Shown in pieces: positions 25,783 to 37,575 of a DNA stretch of 64,000 nt (positions within the stretch are counted from its first letter, which is position 1; each line of letters opens with the position of its first letter). Under the pieces are notes generated by a model. That model saw only the letters and a program-made list of their open reading frames with translations, was not told the origin of the DNA and did not search any database. Source of the stretch: Antedon mediterranea. Its lineage: Eukaryota > Animalia > Echinodermata. The stretch spans positions 31,298,388 to 31,362,387 of the forward strand of contig NC_092670.1 in NCBI RefSeq assembly GCF_964355755.1. The letters are read 5' to 3'. Made by a program: the position numbers and the translations under genes.

Positions 25783-28700
25783 TTAGGGGTTTATTAAATG
25801 TGCATCATTTACCATATTATCACCACAGCAGGCACATGGAGCAGACCTGATAAGAAGCAGAATTGACAGCACAATACCAATGAGTCCAAGTAACAACGGG
25901 GTCAACCCGCCAGTGATATACGTATCAGAAGTAGTCTGTAAAAATGATAACGTTAAAGTATGTTAATGTACAACTAGACATGAAACTCGTCACTTTGACG
26001 AGTTAGTTATCCGCACGACAGACGCCACGTGCACGTCATATGTTAAAAACTATAATAAGAGGTGGTCCTGTATTTTCGCCTTGTAATTGTATTATAATTA
26101 TACAGTATACTGTGTATACAAGGAGACAATAATTCTACATGATACAGAGGGCGGCAAACAACAATTTGCTCACATCAGAGCCTATGCTGGTTACATTCTA
26201 CTGTATAATATATAAATATTTTTAAATTCCAGAAGTATTTTTTCTCGATGTTTTTGTATGTGACTATTTCCCTGTGGTGCCAAATTGGGTCCACTTGAGC
26301 ACAGTGTATTAAAATACGAAAAAATAATATTATAATTTAGTGATTTTTTTCTATTTTATATCACTGTGTGCTCACTGGCGCGCGCACCAAATTGGGTCCA
26401 CTTGAGCACAGTGTATTAACATACGAAAAGATATTAAAATTCAGTGACTTATTTCTATTTCATATCACTCTTCCTGTGCTCCCCTGCCTCCAAATTGGGT
26501 CCACTTGAGCACAGTGTATTAACATACGAAAATATATTCAAATTCAGTGACTTGTTTCTATTTTATATCACTGTGCTCCACTGGCTCCAAATTGGGTCCA
26601 CTTGAGCACAGTGTATTAACATACGAAAAGATATTAAAATTCAGTGACTTTTTTCTATTTTATATCACTGTGCTCCACTGGCTCCAAATTGGGTCCACTT
26701 GAGCACAGTGTATTAACATACGAAAAGATATTAAAATTCAGTGATTTATTTCTATTTTATATTATTGTGCTCCTCACTGGCGCCAAATTGTGTCCACTTG
26801 AGCACAGTGTATTAACATAAGAAAAGAATATTAAAATTAGTAACTTATTTCTATTTTATATCACTGCGCTCCACTAGTGCTAAATTTGGTCCACTGGAGC
26901 AGCTACCGTAGTACCAAAGATTGCTACAATACACTATAGGTAAAATGTTGATGTCATTTGACCTCAATATGTAAATTATTTTTTTTCATGAAAACTCCAT
27001 ATTTAATTTTTTTTTAAATATCATTAGTTACGTAAACAGGTTTAAGATAACACTAAAGGTCATTTTTTTACCTTTATTCAGATTCGTCAAGACTTTCTTT
27101 CTGAGATTATTAGGATTCAGTATTTAAAGTAAATTTGGCAAAAAGTAGAAATGTAAAACTATGTAGAAAAAATGTTTTGTATTTATGAAAAACCCCTTAT
27201 TTTTTTGAAATTTTCACATAGAAACAGTTACTATGGTAAAATGTTGACCTCAAAATGAATGAATTTACAAGGTCAAGTTTGTCATTAATGGAATGCAGTA
27301 GAAGTAAAATTGAGAAAAATTACAAATGCAATCAATTCTTTGTATTTATAAAAACGCCATTTTTTACGTTTAAAAAAAAAAATTACTTTCCTTAGTTACA
27401 CATAGAAATGGTTGCTAAGGTAACACTATAGGTAAAATATGAAAATTGTTGAGAATTGTTATAAACTATCCTGTAAATTTTGATCAAACATTAATAGTTG
27501 TAGTAAAGTGGGGACCTGTCCTGTTTTGCATTCTGACCCCTTTTGACCTCAAATGACCTATTTACAAGGTCAGATTTTTTTGGAGGTCTTTCTGTATCTC
27601 TTTACACAAAATAGATTTAAAAATTTATAAAAACCATTGACGCAATTATTTCCAAGTTTAACATTATTTGCCATCAACTAAATATTTCAATGCAAAATAC
27701 TGTTTTTCTGGCAATTAATTGAAATAAACCTGGCAACACATTCTCCTATTTTATCTAAACTATTCGTATGACTCTAGTAGCATTATGACAAGCCACATAT
27801 ACATTTTATTATTGGATTAGCCATATTTAAATTGTGTTTCATGTGTTTTGTTTGTTGATATTTTGTTATATTTTTTGTATTTTTCGTATTTTCTTGGCAA
27901 CACAAAACCTATGTACGAAATTTACCCCAGTGTTTTTTTCGTGATTATTGTTTAGACACCTATTTACTATCAAATTAAAAAACCTCATTGATTTAAAAAC
28001 ACCACTTTGGAAGTTATAGGTACGTTTATGAGGTATACTTTTATAAAAAAAAATATTTTTAAAAAACACCCCTTTTTAAAATAATGGTATCAACCAAACT
28101 CCATTTTGTAATTTATTTTTTTTCTACATTAAATGGAACTTAATACTTGTTGTTTACACTGCTATAAACAAAAACTGTATACTGTAAGTATTTTTGGTTA
28201 AAATAAGTATACAAGTTTGTACTTTTTCACTATAGAAAATCTGTGAAAAATGGCAAAAACATCAAAATTTGGATAATTGACCGTTGTCATGGAAACGGAG
28301 GCTAAAAATTAAAATGAATGTTGTAGATATGCTTTTTATTGAAATGTCTATTCATGGTAAAAATTTGAGAGAAATCCATTTTTTTACATCTGCCACCAAA
28401 TCTTTGATTTTTACAGACAATGGCTCTTAACGTGTAAAAGAAATTTGAATACGTAAAATTTTTGTGCGCGCACATTTAAATGTGATGAACTTTGACGCAG
28501 ACGATGAAAATTTGACCTTTTTAATTAAACTTGTCATATGACGACGTCAAAACATCTGATTGGCGAAAACTTCACATGATTTTGTATCTACAATCCAATA
28601 GCTTTCAGGAAACGTTTTAATCGTAATTATCACATTTTATTTTTACGAGCTATTACAGATTAAAATTTACTGTAAAGATGAAATTTATGACCCACGTAAT

Positions 28701-31700
28701 TAAAATTTTTAGGCATGATGACGTTATAAAAATTAAAATATTTTATCTCATGCTAAAGAAAGTTGATTGACCTAGACAATATATAAATGTAGGAGAAAAA
28801 GGAATACTGTTAAGCGTGATGCGCTCCATTGAATGTGATGAGCAATAACGAAAGAGACAAAAATCCTATATTTTACATTCGTGTGGCCATACGATGACGT
28901 CAAAATGGTTTTTTTAGCCTTATCGATGCATGATCCGATATCTACAACTCATCAACTTCTAGATTTTGTAATAAAAATAAACGGTTCACGGTTTACTTTA
29001 GAAACTATGACTGTTTTAAAAAAGACATTATTTTGACGATTTTTAAAGCTTTTTCATAAAAAACGCGCACGAAATGTCTAATTCAACGTGTTCGTGTGGC
29101 GTTATTTAAACTGGAAAAGGTCTAAATTGTTTTTAAAATTACTAGGAAAGGCTTGAAAAATAAAATTCAAGAGAAAAAAATATGTTTTTAACGCTACGTG
29201 CGCACCGCGCTCGTAAAAAATTGCGCGCCCGTGGGAATTTTTGACATGCTCAAAATGACAAGAAACGCAAAAGTTGATTAGAAATTAATTTTGCGCATTT
29301 TGAAATTTTAAATGCGCGTGCGCGCGTAACTTCTTGTGAAACATGCCATTTTTAATCCGTAGAAAGTTTGCCCCTGATATGACTTAAATTTTGTCAAAGT
29401 GTTAATACAAAATAACTTATAACCTATGATCAATCAATGAAATTCATAAAATCGCGCGTAACTTACGCTGCGCGACTCTAGCGTCATATAACGAAGTTTC
29501 TTGCACATCTACAGCTACAGGTCAATCTTTTGACAAAGTTATACAATCTTATGTTCACAAGTAATAGGGGATATGCTGGTCACAAAAATCCGGGAAAGAA
29601 AGAAGAATAACAAAGAAGATGAAAAAGATATTTACAATCACAAGGGTTATCCGCAACTTTACAAGTTGCGGTAACCAACAACTTTACAAGTTGCGGTAAC
29701 CAACAATATTGATCTCATACAATAACAAGGAGTTATCCGCTCTACCAAGCGGATAACTAATTAGGCATACTTTGTGCATATTGGATATGACGAAATTTTA
29801 AAAACAATGATAGTCCTATACTTATTTTTTCGACAAATTTCACTTAAAATAATAATTATGTGATTTTTATCAAGACGTCTCAACTTAAAAAATAAATGCC
29901 ATATCAGTGTCTTATCGGCTTACAGGGACATTTGTTATTTTTATTTTAAAATTGGAGAAATATACGGTACCAGAAAGGTGGTTTATACTTACACATCCTT
30001 CTCCACACTCTGATATGTTAGCACTATTAACCGCCCAGTAAAGAAAGAATGCAAATATCCAAAATGGCAACAGAATAATAGTCACAATTGAAAACACGAA
30101 AGCAGTTATTTTCTGAAAAGAACAAAATTAATATACACAAAAATAGCATCTTGGTCGGAATTAATGCTGTACCATTGTCGCCAATTAATTTGGTCTATTT
30201 ATAAACACAAAGTAGGCATAGAACAACAATAATATCCATGTCAGTGACAGTAAAATTCAAACCATTCATTATTATTTATTTACACGTGTTATCAATTAAT
30301 AGAATAATACATGTATTACTACCAAATATTTCAGTTTTAACAGTACTACTGAATCATTGCGATAGTCAGTTAGACTCTATCTAGTGACAGCTGCAGGGGA
30401 ATCGGGTGCATATTATTCATTATTTAATAGACTATTCCAGATTTTAGAAAAATGAAATTCTGTAGGCATTTCGTGTTAAAAGCGAATAAACATGTGCTTT
30501 AGGGTAATTTTCAGATCAGATTTCCTGTTTACCCGGCTCAATTTTTAGATCTTCACCCTTAAAATGGGAAAAACAAAATGGCCCCCATTTTAGACGACTT
30601 ATTTTGGCTTATAACTTAGTTAATAGTAAAAACTGGTGTCTATACCTATGTTTGTGATAGTGAAGATTCCAAATATATTGTTATTAAAGTTGCAAATATT
30701 CTATTTCAGCCGCCATGTTAAAAATTACCCTAAAACACATGTTTATTCGCTTTTAACACGAAGTGCCTACAGCATGTTATTAGAGTGGAAATATGACTAT
30801 TAGGACTAGCCTAACTTGTATAATGAACATTTTACTTTGAAGTTTAACACAGATATAAATATGTACAACACAATCCTAAAAAAAACATTCAATCGAGAAC
30901 CATAGTATACGCTGTTTTAATTTGAGATTTATTATACTGTATTAATCAACAATTAATACATTATCAACGAAAAAACAGATTTATAATCGAAAGAAAATGA
31001 ATGATTATGACACGTGTACTTATTCTTTCTTTCTTTTATTTCATTAAACAATGGCCTCCCGGCGGCCCATTTCATATAATAAAATCTATATTATTTTCGG
31101 TCACACAGGATTTTCTTTTTTTTAAATCTTAATCGATCACAAAACATATATATTCTATTCTAATTTTTAAATGTCGCCCCTTTTCAATCAACAGATTATG
31201 AAAAGATAATCTAAAGCATGATATAAATGTTCTATACTTAACAACTTAATCTAAAGCATGATATAAATGTTCTATACTTAACAACTTAAATCGTAAACAT
31301 AAGGTTCGTAAAGATTGTCAAGTTTAATATTTTTGTAAAAATTGAAACGTATATTATTGCTAAAACTGTTTCATTTCTTTGTGAAATAATAGATGAAATG
31401 TTTCATTAAATAAACTATTCCACTAACCACAACCGAAATTATCCAGAACACCCAACAGTTTTGGCCATTTTTCGCCAAGATGTTTGTGTTTGGTCGTCGC
31501 ATATATTTGGTAATTTATTATTTTCCATTTTATTTATTTTATCCAATACTTGATCATTCTCAATATTTGATAGTAATTAATTGGAATTTATACCTAGTTT
31601 TTTACGCGCATATTATGGTCAACTTGCACTGTTGTTTTATATATTATTTACCCACGACAGTTTCATATCGATGAACTATAAACACTAATAATCGTATTTG

Positions 31701-32452
31701 TTTGTACTTACCCGACATCTATTCTGTCGATTAAAAGTAAACATCAGGCCAAAGACGCCCTCTAAAACAACCTGAAAATGTACCGTATAGATATAACAAT
31801 AACATAGTAAAATGTGTGATCGGTACTCCATGCCCGACTCCGTGTAATTAATTTCAAAATAAATGTTACCGCGCATATTCGAAAGCGAGAACACTTGGTG
31901 TTTAAGAACACAAATTTAAGTGCTTATCAAAAAAGTATTAAAAATATAATTTCACAAATGAGCTGTGATAAGCAATAACGTGTTTATTAATCATTAGTCA
32001 CGAACGGTATGATGACACACAAAGTGATACAAAAACATGATATTAAGCCAAAAATGAAAAATTAAACTGCTGCGGAGTCTCAGAACCTTAATGTATTGGT
32101 AACGCTAGCTGGAAATGACGGCCATTGGTCATTGGAAATAATATAGGCTTTATAATGCCCTGACGTGATTATCATTTTCTCAAGCTTTAGGCAGTGTGAG
32201 GTAGTGGAATCACCCGACACGGATTCTCTTCCCTCTCTCCTTTCCACGTCTCTTTCCCTCATTCCCATTTTGATTTAACTTATTTCAGACACTTACGATT
32301 AGTCCAATGATTACGCCAGGAATACCGGCGTACACGTGATTGTCATCCAACATAGTAATACTTGAAAGAGCAATGATTGCTGCGCCAAGTATCATTAGGA
32401 GTAATGAACTTATCTTGACGACCGTCAAGAAACAATTATTTTCCCCGCACAT
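25783..32452 (-). CDS. Four-transmembrane membrane protein, MS4A/CD20-like topology, copy C, ~162 aa
   Basis: Exons 32452-32297, 31771-31712, 30112-29993 and 25935-25783; intact frame and splice sites; paralog of copy B. Confidence 0.8.
25974..29760 (-). mobile_element. Non-autonomous Helentron/Helitron2-type element (HINE, DINE-1-like), ~3.8 kb
   Basis: Empty site in copy B (tacaa|ttacacatacc). On the minus strand: 5' TT, subTIR agttatccgc with adjacent inverted repeat (29731-29758), matching subTIR at 26005-26014, stem-loop aactcgtca-3nt-tgacgagtt (25984-26004), and CTAG 3' end. Inserted at a TT site. Confidence 0.85.
26260..26900. repeat. ~100-bp tandem repeat array (~6.3 units) inside the HINE
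   Basis: ccaaattgggtccacttgagcacagtgtattaa at 26280, 26387, 26490, 26587, 26684, 26783 and (partial) 26880. Confidence 0.92.
30428..30820. mobile_element. MITE-like insertion with ~52-bp internal inverted repeats
   Basis: Absent in copy B (cattatttaatggatatttt). 30460-30511 is the inverted repeat of 30721-30772. Confidence 0.65.
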
Positions 32453-33527
32453 TCTAGAAAAAAAAAACAATGGAATCTATAATATATACAACGATATATT
32501 GATTAAGCTTGTTCCGTAAGACGCAACGCTTTTCATTTATCAACTGGGTCTACGTCTCATGGTTGGCAAAATGAATTAAGCATAGTCTACTAATGTGTCG
32601 GAACATAATACTCCATCGCTTTTCATGGCCTCAGTCAGCTTCATATGCCCTATGCATGTAAATGGCAGTGAATTATCCTTGCGTTATTAAGCTGGTATAC
32701 TGATTGTGAGCTATAATGTGCTTAGTGTTAGAACTATGCGTACCATGACTAGGAGGCCTACGGGGGATTTTCTTGCCCATTTCTAGTACTATAGTAGGCC
32801 TAATAATAGTGTACGAACCCATTCATACAGCGTGGATGTTATGGAATATTGCTTTCAACATTGGAATTATGATAATAATTATAACGGTCTGTCATGTAAA
32901 ACAACCTTGAATAACAAAGCCTACCTTAACGGAGAATCCACGAAGACGAAAATATTAAGACGTCTTATCAGTAAATGATATGATACAGATACTGGTTCGC
33001 TGTTTACTGCTTGCGTGCTAGAATCACTGTTAACCAGGATTTGATATTGTGATAGGTCCTACAATACAATATGATGTCATACATCAATTACTATTTCAAG
33101 GTCGCGGTTGTTATTGACGCTGCGGTCGACGCTGCTAGTATCCTGGTTGGGAAAAATGAAATTGATGCACCTGAGTAGGCCGGCCGGCCGCGATATTTCA
33201 TAACCGTGAAACGTCACAAAATAAACATGAATATTAATTTTATTAGTCATATCCATAAGGTGTGACGTAAGAATTTCGAGCTAACTACTTTCGCTATGCA
33301 AACTCTTTTCGTCGAGCCGTCTGTGTAGTCGAGTGGATATTAAAGGCCTTAGCCTATGCGTTGGACTTTACATGTCAATGTATGAGATTCGACTACTTCT
33401 TTTACTTTATAGTGAGAGATTGATTATTTAGAGGGACCGGTTAGGTTTAGTTATATTTAGGAAGTAGTTCGGCAATCTTTCACATGGGGTGCCAACTTAT
33501 GTACGAAAAATCGCAGGCCGGCCTACA

Positions 33528-36500
33528 TTTTTTTTTTATTAGTACAAAACTGAATTGCGTCCAGTAACATAAACATAAAAAATATATCAAAAACGAGCAA
33601 AATTTACACAAACATCCAATATAAATATATATACTGTATATATATATATACAAAACTGCATTAAAAAAAAATATAAAGAATATACAATTACAAATTTACA
33701 AAGATATATATTAAAAACGAGCAAAATTACACAACCATCCAATATAAAAATATATATATACACATAAATTCATAACAAAAAAATAAAGAATATACAATTA
33801 CAATTTAAAAAACTGCGAGTAAAATTATTAATTATCCGTAGGCCTATCAACATTAAAAATTTCATATATATATATATTATTGCACTATAAGGTCATTGTT
33901 AATCAGGAATGGGAGTGTGGATTTCTTAAATCTCTCTGTTCTACATTTAATTTGGGATATTTTGTTTCCGTTTCTGAGAGATCTACCTGTCGCTTCGGCA
34001 CGGGTATTGGGGATAATATTATTAAATTTTTCATGGACACTCCTCCCAAACTTCAGAACAAGCTGGAGACGGCGGTCACAGAGCCTATCAAGAGAAAATT
34101 TCTTTAGGGCTGCAGTGTACGAATAGTACCTCCTCCCTAGTACAATTCTTAAAAACCTCTTCTGGACCGATTCCAGGTCAAAGCTTAATTCGGAAGTCAG
34201 GGAGGAGTGCCAGGTTGGACAAGCATATTCAATTATGGGGCGTATGAAAGATTTATAAATCTTAATTAACTGATCTTCTGGTGCACCAAACCTTTTAAGT
34301 ACCGACACAATATGCATGGCTTTATTGGCCTTGCTAACGATCTCACCAATGTGTGCATCCCACTTAAGGTTATCTTGGATAGTTACACCTAAAAGCTTCA
34401 ATTGCTTAACAGTCTCAACTTGGACTCCATTATTAGTCAGTAAATCATAGTAACCAGGAGTTTTGCAAAAGTTAATCTCCACTGATTTACACTTATTAGG
34501 GTTAAGGGACATTTTATTTATTTTACACCATTCCTCTAAATTACTAAAGTACGATTGAATAGAGTCCAGACAGTGAGATATCAGCGAAGGTTAGATCGTC
34601 GACAAATTTCCACCTTGTAATGCAATCTGATGCCGAGTCATTGACCATTACTTGAAAAAGGCTTGGGCCAGATTTCGTTCCTTCCGGAACACCGCAAAAT
34701 ATAGATGTCCAACTGGAAATAGCGCTACCATAGAGCACTCTTTGTTTTCTACAAGTTAGGAAGCTACAGAATCACGGGATGATAGATTTCCTGACACCAT
34801 TGATATCATCTTACTGATTAGTACCTGGTGACTAATACGGTCGAAAGCTTTGCTGAAATCTACAGCAAGAATTCGTGCTTTGTGACCAGGTTTTTCCAGT
34901 CCAGAAAGAAGGTAGTGTAAGAGCCCAATAAGGTAATGACTCGTGCTGATACCTTTGACATTACCAAACTGCTGTTTATCTATAATGGTAGATAGGTCTT
35001 CATTTAACCATTTAGTTAGAAAATGTTCAAAGATTCGGATAAACAGTGGCGTAAGCGAGATCGGTCTAATCTGTTCTATACTGACTGTACCTTTTTTCTT
35101 TGGTATCGGTATAACGGTAGCTTGTTTCCAAGCTTTGGGTACAATACCTTCTTTCAAAGAAGAATTAAATATATGCGTTAGGGGTTCTGCTATTTCGGGT
35201 GCAAATTCTTTGATGATAACTGGTGGAATTTCTCCAGGTGGAACTGATTTATTAATCTGCACTTTTAATAATTGTTGTTTAACTTCAAAGCATAACATTT
35301 GTGGCGGTGGACTCTCAGCTGGGAGGTATGTAGGCAATTCGTCAAGTTTGAGAGGATCCAGTTCACGACAAATTTTTGCGAGGTGTTCATTAATTTGTTT
35401 AGAGGCAACGGAATCTGGGATCGGTAAAGGATTATCAAATGTAATTCTTGGTTTGTCTTTACGTTTACCACAAATCTGCTTCACTTTGTCGTACCATTTA
35501 CGGAGATTGCTCACCTCAAGCATTTTTACTTTATAACGATAGTACTTCTCCTTAGCTTTCTTTATTTCCCATATTACCTTATTTCTAAGTGTTTTGTAAC
35601 GTTCATGTTTTTTCTTCCTAAAAGCAGTTTGTCTATACCTGATAAGTTTTTTTAATGTATGGAGTGATCCAAGGTCTATCGGTAGAATACACTCGCAAAT
35701 GTTTGGTAGGAAAAAACTTCTTGTACGCGGAGGTGAGGGTATCGTTCATTATGTTCACTTTATCATCTACATCTTTTATATTATAGACCTGTGACCAGTC
35801 AAATTTGGTAATCCAGTTTCCGAAACTTCTCATCGATGAATCAGTACAAGGCTTAAAAATCTTTGTAACCATTTTACCATTACACTTAATTGAGTTCAGC
35901 GGTTTCCAAATAATGACATTGTGATCACTTTTTCCAAGTGGGGCTTGAATTGTAGGAGTCATATAAAAATCTTTAAGGTCCGAAATTATGAGATCAAGCA
36001 TTTTGTCTCCTCTGGTTTTATCTTTAACAACTTGGTGCAAATCAACGACATGTTTAATAGAGAGGAGATATCAACACTGTTGAAATCCGCAGCAATAATG
36101 ACTTTTGCTAAATTTCTTCTTGAACGGATAGTGTCAATCGAATTTCTAAGATGGTTTAAGAGGTCACGTTGATGGTCTTTGTTTTGGCTGGGGCTACAAT
36201 AAATGGTACACACATATATTTCAGAAACTTCACGGGGAAGCTTATAAGGCTGTAATTTGACCCAAACACATTCTAGTTCGTCTGGAACAGTAATAAAATC
36301 AACGTGATCAGAAGGAATGCTGTTGTGGACGTAGGTTGCTACACCTCCTCCTCTGGTATTTGTGCGGCTCTTATAGAAAATGTTATAGTTACTGACCTTG
36401 CAAATATAGTCTCCATTAAACCATGTTTCCGCAAGTGTACAAACTTGGATGTTATTATGTTCGAGTGTTACCTGAAGGTCTTCCATTTTATTACAAATAG

Positions 36501-36594
36501 AACATGGATTCGTAAATAAGCCGCGCTGAGTATGCCCAATTGGCAATATACATATTGTCTTTGAATTTGAGGAGTCATAAAGTGTGGAAATCAT
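33528..36594 (-). mobile_element. Non-LTR retrotransposon (CR1/L2 group), APE endonuclease plus reverse transcriptase, frameshifted
   Basis: APE motifs (LAETWF, RGGGVATYV, IIAADFN, LDLII, GKSDH) and RT motifs (RPISLT, QQFG, DFSKAFD, GVPEG, KFVDD, LLGVTI) are split over five ORFs, 36594-33877. The 3' UTR ends in AATAAA plus an A-tail at ~33528-33540. Confidence 0.95.
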
Positions 36595-37019
36595 TCAATA
36601 AGTAAAATTAAACCGTGGGCGCCCAAAATATAATTAAAGTACCTATAGATAGAAGTGAAAGTTGTGTACAAAAGCCCATAATGCCATTTTAAGTATATGA
36701 TTTTCGAACGTAATCCGTTCCAACGAATTAGTAATTCGTTTGAACGGATTAATAATCTGTCAAGTAATTGAACGAATTAGTAACATTTTTGGCACACTGA
36801 TGTCATTTTAATTGTTTTTAATCCCAATGTTCGATCGCTTCCCGGTCTGTGTGTGTGATTGGGGCTGTTCACACTGCGACGAAGAGAGTTTCACCACTCT
36901 AAAGAGGGCGGGTTTATTTAAAACATTTTTTGGTTTGTAGTGGTGTTTACACTGTGTAAATTATACAATACACGTGTTTTATTAGTGTATTAATTAGGCC
37001 TTTCTTGGTTGTTGTTTTA

Positions 37020-37485
37020 GTAAAAGATGTAGGCCTAGGCATACGTGATAAACGAGCGGTAAGTGCAGGATATGAGACTTTATCTAGGCCTAGGCTAGTA
37101 GGTTGATGATGCCTAATTAAAAAAAATGATTGCCCTATTCTAAGCTAGAGTAGTAGGCTAGGCCTAGCCTACCTAGGCCTATAGGATAGGCCTAGGCCTA
37201 GTAGTAGTAGAGTAGGGCGCGCCTAGCCTAGGCCCCTGGCCTAGTAAATTATTATTAGAAATACGAATACACAGGAGGCTTACTACTAGCCTAAGACCTC
37301 TAGGCCTAGTCTAGTCCCGCCTCGGCCTACTAGTCTAGTTAAAAGGTATCTAGGTAGGGCCATGCCTAGCCTACTCTAGGCCTAGTCTAAGTAGGGCCTA
37401 GCTAGGCGATCGAGTACTACTAGACTAGGCTAGAGGGCCTAAGTACTAGCCTTTTATAGTTAGGGCCTAGCCTAGCCTAAAGTTT
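37020..37485. repeat. Low-complexity CTAG/AGGCCT-rich tract
   Basis: Dense ctag, taggcc and aggcct words just upstream of the first coding exon. Confidence 0.7.
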
Positions 37486-37575
37486 AAAGTCTTAAGTTAT
37501 CAAACCTACTATATGTAGTAAACAATGTAGCCTATAGATTACACATTCCATTTTATTTCTTTGAGATTTAAAATA

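Noticed and set aside
26260-26900. Regularly spaced conserved 33-bp core resembling a CRISPR array
   Set aside because: The intervening sequences are homologous to each other, not unique spacers. It is a tandem repeat within a HINE, there are no cas genes, and the context is eukaryotic.
34943-35536. 197-aa plus-strand ORF
   Set aside because: Antisense shadow of the LINE reverse transcriptase.
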